From positions 1 through 35,321 of the forward strand of contig CBDURU010000024.1 of the NCBI GenBank assembly GCA_965369865.1: 35,321 nucleotides of DNA, in the 5' to 3' direction. Positions within the stretch are counted from its first letter, which is position 1; each line of letters opens with the position of its first letter. Under the pieces are notes generated by a model. The model saw only the letters and a list, made by a program, of their open reading frames with translations, made no database searches and was not told the DNA's origin. Position numbers and translations under genes: made by a program. Shown piece after piece: positions 8,572 to 18,059 of this stretch. The stretch comes from an uncultured bacterium (GTDB lineage Bacteria; JAJVIF01; JAPKYR01).

Positions 8572-9696
8572 TTATTCGCTTGAGCTTCCGTAATAAGTCT
8601 GCGTGATCGGTGCATCGTACTCGGATGACTTCCTGTGAAGCAGCAGGAGGTCGTGCTCGGATGTCGCGGCTTTCCTGGCGGTCTCCCAACTGATCTTCTG
8701 TGCCCTTACAAGTTTGAGGAGGTACTGGTCGAACGTGAACATACCGTCCGAGGCTCCCCTTTCCATTACGTCCCTGATCATGTAGGTCTCGTCAGGATTC
8801 AGAACGTAATCTCGAATCTGGGCTGTAGCAACCATAGATTCAATCGCGGGGATTCGCCCGCCGCCAACCATGGGCAGCAAGCGCATCGAGAATATCGAGT
8901 GCAGGGTTTCCGACATCATGATTCGTGCCTGTTTCTGCTGTGCGGCAGGATAGTAGTCAAGAGTACGGTTGATTGTCTGGAGCACGTCGGTAGTATGAAG
9001 GGTGGTCATGACAAGGTGACCGGTAATAGCGGCGGTGAATGTAGTCTGTACCGTCTCCTGGTCACGCATCTCGCCGACCAGGATCACATCGGGATCCTCA
9101 CGCATCCCGGCCCTGAGAGCGATAATGAACGAGTCTGTGTCGATTCCCACCTCGCGCTGGTTGACGATGCATTTATTGTCAAAGTGGTAGTACTCGATCG
9201 GGTCTTCAATCGTGATAACATGACCGTCCCTGCTCTTGTTGACGTGGTCTGTCATCGCAGCCAGGGTGGTGGATTTACCGGAACCGGTCGTCCCGGTGAT
9301 GATAATAATTCCACGCTCGGCAAGTGCTACGTCCGCGATAATTTTCGGAAGATTTAATTCCTCGAAACTCGGGATGTAGTACGTGACCAGCCTTAGTGCC
9401 AGTCCGATCTCACCTTTCTGGCGGTAGAAATTAACACGGAAACGTCCGGGGAAATCCTCCGGTGAGTATGAAAAATCGACCTCGTTCTGCTCGTCGATAA
9501 GGAACTCACGTTTCGGACCGAGAACGATCCTGGCGATGTCCTCCATGTCCTGTCGGTTGAGTTTCGGGAGGTCGGTGGGTTTCAATGTGCCGTCGATACG
9601 CATCCACGGCGGCTTGTCGACCCCAAGGTGAAGGTCTGAGGCACCTTTTTCATACATTAAGTTTAAGAGGTTTCTGACTGATCTCGAATCTGCCAT
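8572..9696 (-). CDS. pilU: PilT/PilU-family retraction ATPase (PilU-like paralog)
   Basis: ASDLHL, Walker A GTTGSGKST, TIEDPIEY, REDPDVILVGEMRD, TGHLV..TLH; lacks the PilT AIRNLIRE motif (has AQIRDYV). Confidence 0.85.
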   Translation of the reverse strand: MADSRSVRNLLNLMYEKGASDLHLGVDKPPWMRIDGTLKPTDLPKLNRQDMEDIARIVLGPKREFLIDEQNEVDFSYSPEDFPGRFRVNFYRQKGEIGLALRLVTYYIPSFEELNLPKIIADVALAERGIIIITGTTGSGKSTTLAAMTDHVNKSRDGHVITIEDPIEYYHFDNKCIVNQREVGIDTDSFIIALRAGMREDPDVILVGEMRDQETVQTTFTAAITGHLVMTTLHTTDVLQTINRTLDYYPAAQQKQARIMMSETLHSIFSMRLLPMVGGGRIPAIESMVATAQIRDYVLNPDETYMIRDVMERGASDGMFTFDQYLLKLVRAQKISWETARKAATSEHDLLLLHRKSSEYDAPITQTYYGSSSE

Positions 9697-9840
9697 ATGG
9701 CTTCACTCCGATAAACGGACACAAATACACTGTGCCCGTTAAAAAAAATTCACGGGTAAGTATCTAGGATTGTAGCAGGATTCAGGGAAAATGGGAAGAC
9801 ATCTGCTCTCAAAGTGTGTATCGAAACCTGAATATTCGAT

Positions 9841-12423
9841 CTATAACCCAAAGACAGCGTATTTATATGTATCCTCATGTACAAACCAGACATGGATTTC
9901 CAGGTGCTCCGAATCGCAGTCCAGTGCGAACGGTACACCATCGAGAGGTGTCGGGTAGCGTTCAATCAGAATACCGTTCTGATCGAATATTGCCACCTGC
10001 CACGTCGAATCGCCGTTGTCCTCAAGAACGAACAGCCAGTTGCCCGCAGCTTCAACAATGTGGCAGTAGGTATTGAGGCAACTGATATCGACAGGTGTCC
10101 CAACAAGGTCATCATCGATAGTGCCGATGCAGTCCGGCATCGCCCCATCGTGGTTATTCCGGATGATCTCAACGCCGTTATCATCAGGATGCCCCTCCAT
10201 GTAGTATAAGATCATGTCATAAGGTTCGTCCAGCCCATGCGGATCGTTGTCGACCGCATGTTTATAGGCCTCCATGTCTGAGACCAGGCAATCGACACTG
10301 CCGTCATAGTCGGCCGGGTAGAAACCCGCAAAGCTGTTGGGGTATGGTGAGCCATAAGGGTTATCCAACCTGAAAGTGGCCCCATTTTCTCCTAACTCAT
10401 ACCTACTACCCCAGAAACCCCAGACAGAAGCATAAATGCCGAAGTCTGTTTCCAGATCGATGAACTTCATTCCGAAGAAAAAGTATCCATTTGTCAGTAC
10501 ACCATTGGAGTTCGACCACCAGACAGGAGCATCACCCGGATACCCTCCCCATGCAATAGGTCCGGGGAACCTGCTGGTAAATACAACTCCACCCGTTGGG
10601 GGAACCTCGATCGCCGCCATATACTGAGGTCCACCCATAAGGCCATTGAAATTATTAAAAAAAGGATCGGTAAAAGTAAGAATATGCATGCCAGGCTCTG
10701 AATAGTCCAGCGGGTAACGAAAGACCTGGTAAGTCGCGTCTCCCGGCGTAGGTTCACCGGTTGCGTAGTGGTAGTACACACCTTCCTTGCCGAAATAATT
10801 GCTGCCGACAACGCAGAAATCGAGCCACTCAAGATCGGAGGTCGGTAATGGATCGGGCAGATTACCGCTGTCAATGAGGTGAAAATCGTATTCTTCCATG
10901 CCTATCCAGAACATTTCCTCACCGACTCCGGGTATTCCACCGCAACCATTCGTAACAACAACGTCCCAAAATCCTCCCTCAGCCCCGATGAGGTCAAAAT
11001 CAGCGGTCAGGGTGGTGTCGTCGAGAATTGCGAGATCGGTTCCGACGATATCGGGCTGATCGGTCATCTTCAACCTGGCGTCGAGATTTGGACCCTCCTC
11101 AATCTCAGTGCAGGTAATAATTGCATCATCGATGAACGAGTCAGTTGATGCACACGAGGGATCGATACCCAGCACTGTTGTCGTACATTCTGGCGACTCA
11201 GTAGAAACTTCCAGGTCATACCGGAAGCAGGCTGCCAGGGGATCGGTACCGGCTAAGTTGGGAACTCCGAAATCGTTCGTGTAGTCGAAGCCTTCATACT
11301 CAGCGATCACCCATAACTCCTGTCCCTCGATACCGGTCACATTATCTGCGGGAATTTCGACGTGATAGGTGGCGTAGTGATCGCCTTCGTCGACCGGGAT
11401 CATGTCGTCAGCCGTGAACTCATACACCCCACTTAAAACGGTCGCTTCGATATAGATCTTCGATGGCTGGTAATCCCACCCAAACAGGCTGATATCCAGA
11501 TTCAGGTTCCCGCCGTTGTTTGTGGGGTTAATGTAGTAAACGTCGCTGTTGTCGGTCACTTCACACGCAATCGCCTCAGGACAGTTACCCGGATGATTTT
11601 CCGGCTCGATTCCCTCCCAGCTCACAATTATCGCAACGCTGAATTGAAGCCCTGGCTCGGGTGTTGGAAACCTGATATAAAAATTACGGGCATTAACGGC
11701 GCTTTCCGAAAATACGCCGTTCTCATCCGCGTGTATATTCAACCAGTTCCACAGGTCTTCCTCCGGTTGAAGATCATCCGTGTAATATTTGTAAGGACAC
11801 AATGTCGCTGTTCCCGCGAAATCCGGCGATGTTATTTTCCCTGCTGTAAATGAAAATAGCGGGAAATCCAACTCGTTGAATTCAGTGAAATTGAACCATC
11901 GCGTGTACCCGTCGGGACCACCCGCCCCATCGATCGGATCCGGCAGCATGTACTGGTCGACTCCCAATTCCGGGTATTTCAAATTTCCCGTTTCCAATGT
12001 GAGCGAACCGTCCCCCATGAAAATCCCCCGGAGATCGTAACAATTAAACTCCGGGTGGCCGGATAATGGATGTGTCACGATGATATTGATATCGACATCG
12101 ACGTAGTCCGGTTCGATGATGATATCAATTAGTTCGAAATCCAGCCCGGCTTCCTGTTTGCTCAAGATGTTGGTGAGGTTCATTGTGAACATCGCATGCC
12201 GGTTCTGAAGCAATTCCACAGTCCCGTTCTCGGTGTCGATGTAGAAATCCCAGTAGCCCAGGAGATTGGTTTGGGCTCCTGATCCCGTGCGATTTGATTC
12301 TGTCGTAAGTCCCGGCGTTTGCTCCTGATCGGCGGTTGGTGTTACGGGGCTTCGGCCGGAGCAACCTATTGCCACGAGTGTGGCAATAACCACTACCGCT
12401 AATAGAGTCATCCATCGATTCAT
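9841..12423 (-). CDS. Large acidic surface lipoprotein (860 aa), possible Ig-like and beta-rich domains
   Basis: Signal MNRWMTLLAVVVIATLVAIG|C; GAGGAGG RBS; Asp/Gly/Tyr-rich; 'WDVVVTN' IPT/TIG-like strand. Confidence 0.75.
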   Translation of the reverse strand: MNRWMTLLAVVVIATLVAIGCSGRSPVTPTADQEQTPGLTTESNRTGSGAQTNLLGYWDFYIDTENGTVELLQNRHAMFTMNLTNILSKQEAGLDFELIDIIIEPDYVDVDINIIVTHPLSGHPEFNCYDLRGIFMGDGSLTLETGNLKYPELGVDQYMLPDPIDGAGGPDGYTRWFNFTEFNELDFPLFSFTAGKITSPDFAGTATLCPYKYYTDDLQPEEDLWNWLNIHADENGVFSESAVNARNFYIRFPTPEPGLQFSVAIIVSWEGIEPENHPGNCPEAIACEVTDNSDVYYINPTNNGGNLNLDISLFGWDYQPSKIYIEATVLSGVYEFTADDMIPVDEGDHYATYHVEIPADNVTGIEGQELWVIAEYEGFDYTNDFGVPNLAGTDPLAACFRYDLEVSTESPECTTTVLGIDPSCASTDSFIDDAIITCTEIEEGPNLDARLKMTDQPDIVGTDLAILDDTTLTADFDLIGAEGGFWDVVVTNGCGGIPGVGEEMFWIGMEEYDFHLIDSGNLPDPLPTSDLEWLDFCVVGSNYFGKEGVYYHYATGEPTPGDATYQVFRYPLDYSEPGMHILTFTDPFFNNFNGLMGGPQYMAAIEVPPTGGVVFTSRFPGPIAWGGYPGDAPVWWSNSNGVLTNGYFFFGMKFIDLETDFGIYASVWGFWGSRYELGENGATFRLDNPYGSPYPNSFAGFYPADYDGSVDCLVSDMEAYKHAVDNDPHGLDEPYDMILYYMEGHPDDNGVEIIRNNHDGAMPDCIGTIDDDLVGTPVDISCLNTYCHIVEAAGNWLFVLEDNGDSTWQVAIFDQNGILIERYPTPLDGVPFALDCDSEHLEIHVWFVHEDTYKYAVFGL

Positions 12424-12554
12424 GATTCCTCCTCTTACATCCGTGCTTCCCTGTCTGGCCTTTCCTGAAATGGGAAATGTAATACAAATACACTATACAA
12501 CATATCCTTAAATAATCCAAATGAGTATTAATTCATCGTGTAAACAAACCGGTT

Positions 12555-12583
12555 AAAATAAAACCCCCGATTTGAACCGGGGG
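12555..12583 (-). terminator. Intrinsic terminator after pilC
   Basis: CCCCCG-GTTCAAAT-CGGGGG-TTTTATTTT. Confidence 0.7.
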
Positions 12584-12615
12584 AGGATTCGCAATTCATG
12601 TTCAGCTTGACTCGA

Positions 12616-13839
12616 TCAGTTAATAATATTAACCAGGTTGAAGATCGGGAGATACAGACTGACAACAATAACTCCGATAATTCCGCCGATCACAACTATC
12701 AATATAGGTTCGATCAGACTGGCGAGCGCACTGATAGTCGCGTCAATTTCTATATCGTAATAGTCCGAAAGCTTATACAACATTTCCTCAAGGTTACCGG
12801 CGTCCTCACCCACCGAAATAAGGTTAGTAACCATCGGGGGGAATACCCTGGTTCTGCGCATTGGAGCCGAAATCGTTTCACCCTCGCGGATTCGCTCACG
12901 TGTGTAGTCGATCGCATTGGCGACAACAAGGTTATGCGCCGTGTCCCTGGTTACTTCGAGCGCCTCAATTAGCGGAACTCCCGATTCCTGCAGGGTACCG
13001 AGTGTTCGGCTGAAACGCGTGATGGCAACTTTCTTGGAGAGAGGTCCGAACAGGGGCATTCGAATGATTATGGGATCGAGAATCCTGTGTCCCCATTTCG
13101 TGCCGCGGAATTTATAGAGAAGAACCAGGGCTACTAATGGTACGACTGTATACCAGTACCAGTTGTACCGGAACTCCTCGGAAATATCCATCATGGTCTG
13201 GGTCAGTTCGGGAAGCTGGGCTTCGCCACCGGAGAAATCCTTATAGAACTCAGCGAACTGCGGAACGATGTAGACAAGCATGAATAAACTGATACCGATT
13301 GAAACGACGGTAACCAGAATCGGGTAAACCATCGCCGACTGGACCTTACGTCTCAATGCCAATTCGTTTTCGTAGAAGATCGCAATACGGTCAAGGATCT
13401 TATCGAGGACACCACCGATCTCACCGGCATGAACCATCGAGACAAAGAAGTTCGAGAACGCGGACGGGTGTTTTCTCATCGACTGCGCCAGCGTGATACC
13501 CGACTGGACATCGACCCGCACTTTGTGAATGATCTGCTGGAATTTTCTCTGCGGAGTCTGCTCCTCCGCTGTATCCAACGCTTCAGAAAGAGTCAGACCT
13601 GCGTTTATCAGCAGTGCCATCTGGCGGGAGAAAATTGTCAGGAGTTTCAGTCCCACCTTGGTGAAACGGTCGACTATATCCCAGGGTGACCAGTTGAAAG
13701 CTTTTTTCTCGTAAATCCTCAGTACATAATAACCCTCCTGGCCAAGCGACTCGATAACAGAGTGCTGGCTGTCGGATTCAACCGTGTTTTTAATGGTGTT
13801 GCCTGCGGAATCGCGAGCTACGTATACGTATGTTTTCAA
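12616..13839 (-). CDS. pilC: Type IV pilus inner-membrane platform protein (T2SS F family)
   Basis: FSRQMA.LI.AG, GEIGGVLD.IL...A.FYE, KVQSAMVYP, VGEDAGNLEEML, IEP..I...LYLPIF; two T2SSF domains; TTG start. Confidence 0.95.
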   Translation of the reverse strand: MKTYVYVARDSAGNTIKNTVESDSQHSVIESLGQEGYYVLRIYEKKAFNWSPWDIVDRFTKVGLKLLTIFSRQMALLINAGLTLSEALDTAEEQTPQRKFQQIIHKVRVDVQSGITLAQSMRKHPSAFSNFFVSMVHAGEIGGVLDKILDRIAIFYENELALRRKVQSAMVYPILVTVVSIGISLFMLVYIVPQFAEFYKDFSGGEAQLPELTQTMMDISEEFRYNWYWYTVVPLVALVLLYKFRGTKWGHRILDPIIIRMPLFGPLSKKVAITRFSRTLGTLQESGVPLIEALEVTRDTAHNLVVANAIDYTRERIREGETISAPMRRTRVFPPMVTNLISVGEDAGNLEEMLYKLSDYYDIEIDATISALASLIEPILIVVIGGIIGVIVVSLYLPIFNLVNIIN

Positions 13840-14017
13840 ACTTCTTCACCACCTGGTGTAAATTCAGGATTGGGAATTATGTTTTTCGATATGCCTCGCA
13901 TAAAACTTTCCTTATCTTCAATACGTTAAATCAGGTAACCGGGAATACTGCATGCGGGGCTTAGTATTTATTTACACATTAGCTCGGCATGCTGTCAAGC
14001 CCGGTAATTTATATACC

Positions 14018-15157
14018 TTACATGTAACCCTGGCCCAGCTCACTGCCATCGCGGCCTGTACTTGGACCCTCTTCAGCACCATCAGACCCGGGTGGGCCCG
14101 CGGCTATAAGTCTCTGTAAGTTGGATGGACTGTGCGCCGCTGCCATTGCCGTCTCGAGTGTAATCTTCCGCTCGAAATAATAATCCCTGAGACACTGATC
14201 GAGAATAACCATTCCGAGGCTCGCGTGCGTCATCATCGTGGAATGAATCTGGAAAATCTTCCTCTCACGAATGAGGTTCCTGATAGCTGGGATATTGAGC
14301 ATAACCTCGAACGCTGCGATACGTCCTACGCCATCGGACCTTGGCAGCAATGCCTGAGTCAAAATAGTCCGCAGGGTGTTGGCAAGCTGCGCGCGAATCT
14401 GGTCCTGCTGTCCGAACGGGAAAACGTCGACAATTCGGTCTACTGTCGCCGGTGCGGAATTTGTATGAAGCGTCGCGAAGACAAGGTGGCCTGTTTCCGA
14501 CGCGGTGATCGCGGTTGCAATTGTTTCATGGTCACGCATCTCACCGACCAGTATGACGTCCGGGTCCTGCCTTAAAACACGTCTCAGCGCCTCGTTAAAA
14601 CTCATGGTATCCTCACCGATCTCGCGCTGGTTGACGTTACACATCTTGTGTTCATGCACGTATTCGATCGGGTCCTCCATCGTAACGATATGAAGGTCGC
14701 GATTTTCGTTGATGACATTCAACATACTTGCAAGAGATGTTGTTTTACCGGATCCGGTCGGACCCGTAACGAGTACCAGACCTCGAGGCTCCATGATAAC
14801 TTCTTTCATTATTTCAGGTATCAGGAGCTCATCCATTGTCGGGATGCGTTCCGGGATAGAACGCATGACGAGCGCGACTGTTCCTCTCTGCCAGAATGAA
14901 TTGCACCTGAACCGTCCGATACCTTTCTGAGAGTAGCCGAAGTCAATTTCGCGTTCTTTTTCAAGACGCTTTCTCTGGTCCTCGCGCATTATCGAGAACG
15001 CAAGACCCCTTGTGTCCTCAGGGGTTAGTGCTTCAAGGTCAAGCCTTATCATATGACCATGCACGCGAAGGGTCGGCGGTACGCCAACCGTTACGTGCAG
15101 GTCGCTGGCCTGCCTTTCCGCAAGTTCAATCAGGAGATCGACAATCGTATAATCCAT
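14018..15157 (-). CDS. pilT: Twitching-motility retraction ATPase PilT
   Basis: GPTGSGKTT, EDPIEY, LRQDPDVILVGEMRD, ETGHLVFATLHT, AIRNLIRE signature. Confidence 0.95.
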   Translation of the reverse strand: MDYTIVDLLIELAERQASDLHVTVGVPPTLRVHGHMIRLDLEALTPEDTRGLAFSIMREDQRKRLEKEREIDFGYSQKGIGRFRCNSFWQRGTVALVMRSIPERIPTMDELLIPEIMKEVIMEPRGLVLVTGPTGSGKTTSLASMLNVINENRDLHIVTMEDPIEYVHEHKMCNVNQREIGEDTMSFNEALRRVLRQDPDVILVGEMRDHETIATAITASETGHLVFATLHTNSAPATVDRIVDVFPFGQQDQIRAQLANTLRTILTQALLPRSDGVGRIAAFEVMLNIPAIRNLIRERKIFQIHSTMMTHASLGMVILDQCLRDYYFERKITLETAMAAAHSPSNLQRLIAAGPPGSDGAEEGPSTGRDGSELGQGYM

Positions 15158-15367
15158 TGATTACCTCGCTGGGCGAGCATGTTCTTTCAGGGCGGGTTGC
15201 CCTGCCAGTTTTATTGAAAAATAGTAACACCGACATAGGTAAACACGTTACCCAGGCGGTAGTCACGAAAGAATAGCAGAAAACCATGTATGTTTCCAAC
15301 GAAAAATCCAAATCTAATAATTGTTATATCGAGATAATCCCCCTGTTTATGGTTCTATCAGGTTTAA

Positions 15368-16009
15368 TCAACCCTTCGCCCTGACACTGACACATGGATG
15401 GTCGGCCAGATAAAACCTGTTTGGAAGGTCGCCTCCCATTGAAAGCCCTATACGCGTGGTCGTGACGATCCCTCCGTTTGAATCGACTATCTTTTTACGG
15501 TGCCGAGACCCGGGGATCGATAAATTCAACTCCGATTCAAGGAGATCGAGCCCGTACTGCCCCCTCCCGATCCTCATCGCGGCCGCAAGTTTCCCCGGAC
15601 CATTCGCGAGATCGATTTCTCTCTTAGCTTTCGGACGGTTACCCCACATCAGGTCGATTCCTTCCCGGGGTTCCAGGGCACGGATCAGCACCGCGCATCC
15701 CCTGCCCTCTTTTTCAGTTACGATATTGAACAACCAATGGTTACCGTACGTAAAATAGGTGTACGCATGGCCCGGTGGCCCGAACATCGCCCTGTTTCGA
15801 TTTGTTACACCACGGAAAGCGTGACAGCCCGGTTCCGTAAAAATATACGCTTCAGTCTCGACAATCATCCCTCCGAGAATGCCGTCAGGGGTTTTATGTT
15901 GCAGATAAGAACCAAGCAATGATTTCGCCACAATCAGTGTGCTTCTTGAGAAATATTTTCTTGTCGGGGTTTTATATTCAGCGGATTCGATTTCGAAATT
16001 TCCAATCAT
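15368..16009 (-). CDS. mpg: DNA-3-methyladenine glycosylase (MPG/AAG family)
   Basis: IVETEAY, MFGPPGHAY.Y..YG.H, AVLIRALEP, NGPGKL, RIGLS. Confidence 0.93.
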   Translation of the reverse strand: MIGNFEIESAEYKTPTRKYFSRSTLIVAKSLLGSYLQHKTPDGILGGMIVETEAYIFTEPGCHAFRGVTNRNRAMFGPPGHAYTYFTYGNHWLFNIVTEKEGRGCAVLIRALEPREGIDLMWGNRPKAKREIDLANGPGKLAAAMRIGRGQYGLDLLESELNLSIPGSRHRKKIVDSNGGIVTTTRIGLSMGGDLPNRFYLADHPCVSVRAKG

Positions 16010-16026
16010 GGCGGTTTGTCTATTTT

Positions 16027-17121
16027 TTATTTCAATTTACCCAGCCTTTCTTTCAGCGTCTCGATCGACCTGATTCCCGAGGGATCGAGACTGCGGGCAC
16101 AGGCGAGATAATAGCTTGTATAATCGGCAGTCTGTAAAAGGCTCATGATCCTTCCAAGTTGAGTCCTGCCTTCACCTTTCAACTGGTGTACCCATGCGAC
16201 ATGGTTCCGGATCAGATCGATTGTGAAATCCTGCCGTTGCTGAACCCTCGCTTGATCGTCCTTATCCCGGAGCATCAGCACGCCGGTCTTCTTTGTCGCA
16301 GGACCTGGTTGAGAGTATGCCACTATCTCGTTGTGGTTCATTTCCGGTAGTTTAGCGGCATGAGCAGGCCACTTGGAATTCTCATTTAACTGTGCCTGGA
16401 ACCTGGTTGCTACAGGCCATGTCAGCTCAGTGCCTATAATAACAGGCCATGCGTTGTGAATATCGAACGCAAGTTTTTTCGCGAAATTTTTTTCGAATTC
16501 AAGATCTTTTGAATACTTGTTAACGCCATGCTTAAGAATCGTCACCGCTTCCCTGAGGGAGTCTTCTAAATATCCCAGGCCGTGGAATGCCTCGTTCAGG
16601 CATGATAAAACTACGGTGAGAAGGTGCCCAAGTGCCAGCCTTGGCGCTGGGTAATAGTCCGGCAAAGGTATATGCGGGCAGCCAAATTTCTCCGCCATGT
16701 CCCTGATCGCACCGCCCTTCGAAATCGCCACGCACTGGGCACCATGATTATGCGCCTGCGTATAACACCACACAACTTCTTCGGTATTCCCGGAATAGCT
16801 GAGGATTAACACCAGGCTGTTACCACCGGTTGACTTCGGAAGCCGGTACCCTTTAATTACCCGGTATGGCACCGGAAGATCCCTGTAAACGACCGAACCC
16901 GCGATATCCCCCGCGATCCCGCTTCCACCCATGCCCGAGACAAGGACCTCTCGTATTGTTACCTCGGGATTAAGCCGGATATCGACTTTTCCCCAGAGAT
17001 CGCCGATCGCTTCATCGAGTTTACTGTAACCGCTCTCTATCCAGTCATAAACCCCAGACGGATCGATTGAAAATGTCGCGGGATCATCGAGATCCTCAAA
17101 ATCCTCCAGCATCCAGCTCAT
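16027..17121 (-). CDS. Bifunctional phosphoglucose/phosphomannose isomerase (SIS domains)
   Basis: GMGGSGIAG, SYSGNTEE, PR.ALG, QLNENSK, LPEMNHNEI, D..SYYLA. Confidence 0.92.
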   Translation of the reverse strand: MSWMLEDFEDLDDPATFSIDPSGVYDWIESGYSKLDEAIGDLWGKVDIRLNPEVTIREVLVSGMGGSGIAGDIAGSVVYRDLPVPYRVIKGYRLPKSTGGNSLVLILSYSGNTEEVVWCYTQAHNHGAQCVAISKGGAIRDMAEKFGCPHIPLPDYYPAPRLALGHLLTVVLSCLNEAFHGLGYLEDSLREAVTILKHGVNKYSKDLEFEKNFAKKLAFDIHNAWPVIIGTELTWPVATRFQAQLNENSKWPAHAAKLPEMNHNEIVAYSQPGPATKKTGVLMLRDKDDQARVQQRQDFTIDLIRNHVAWVHQLKGEGRTQLGRIMSLLQTADYTSYYLACARSLDPSGIRSIETLKERLGKLK

Positions 17122-17150
17122 GTAAGTTCTCCTTAAATCCTATCCCTGTT

Positions 17151-18059
17151 TCAACCGCCAAGTAAAACCTTATTGACGTAATTAATCAATCCGAAAAAGA
17201 CAATTGCCGCAGACATAACAAGGGTAATCCGCCATTCCTTTTTTGTAAGGACCAGATTTTTAAAATTCCCAAGAAGGAAAAATCCGCAGATAAATGGCAG
17301 TGCGGGAACGGGATAGCCCGATAGAAATGCCGCAAGGATCGACACTGCAAGTCCCGTTAACACGAGCAGGATATTTTTCCAGATCGATAAACCGAATCTA
17401 CGGCTTCCCCCGACAAACAAAGCGATAAAAACAAGATCGCCAAACCCGAAAATCGGTGTCATATATTCGGCGCCTGGCATGGGGAAATTCAGTAGAGCGA
17501 AATTCGCAAACGGCGGGGGATCCCAGGTTCCTGCCGCCAACTGCCGTTCTATATGCTCCGTCTCCTGCAAGGCTTCTGCCTCTAACTGCCGTTTTACATA
17601 CTCCGTCACCTGCATGCCAATCGACTTGCTCGGCCCCTGGAACACACTCCATATATCTACCAGGGCCCCTATTATACTGACTGGAACAAGGTACCCGGCT
17701 TTTTCGAGCTCACCGGTCAACCAGAAACCGATCGTATAACCTGTAAATAGAAGCGACACTGTATTCACCGTGTGCCAGAGCCGCCATTCATATCCGGCGC
17801 GAACCAGCAATGCTGTCAACACCCAGACAGTTACGCCGGACAAGACCAGCACCAGGGCCCGTTTTCTCCCCGGCACGTGTATGGACCACTCATATGCTGT
17901 TAATACTGTTAACGGAATTCCAATGATCAGGATCAGATAATAACTCGCCTCACCAGCTAAACCCGGGGTGAATGTCAACGCTAAACATGCGAGGTAAAAA
18001 ACCACCCAGACTATTGTAAAAATGTAACTTGAAACCGGGCGGGATTTCGGATCGCTCAC
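17151..18059 (-). CDS. Polytopic membrane protein with presenilin/SPP-like (A22) GxGD aspartyl-protease motifs
   Basis: About 9 hydrophobic segments; ALVD(135)IWSV, FGFGD(208)LVF, PVPALPF in the canonical order. Confidence 0.7.
   Translation of the reverse strand: MSDPKSRPVSSYIFTIVWVVFYLACLALTFTPGLAGEASYYLILIIGIPLTVLTAYEWSIHVPGRKRALVLVLSGVTVWVLTALLVRAGYEWRLWHTVNTVSLLFTGYTIGFWLTGELEKAGYLVPVSIIGALVDIWSVFQGPSKSIGMQVTEYVKRQLEAEALQETEHIERQLAAGTWDPPPFANFALLNFPMPGAEYMTPIFGFGDLVFIALFVGGSRRFGLSIWKNILLVLTGLAVSILAAFLSGYPVPALPFICGFFLLGNFKNLVLTKKEWRITLVMSAAIVFFGLINYVNKVLLGG

Noticed and set aside
7674..8670. DGR template/variable repeat pair
   Set aside because: Differences are synonymous and not adenine-specific; no reverse transcriptase in the window.
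8635..9357. Long antisense ORFs (also 6295-6879, 23282-23974, 31453-31980)
   Set aside because: Shadow frames opposite well-supported genes, with no recognisable motifs.
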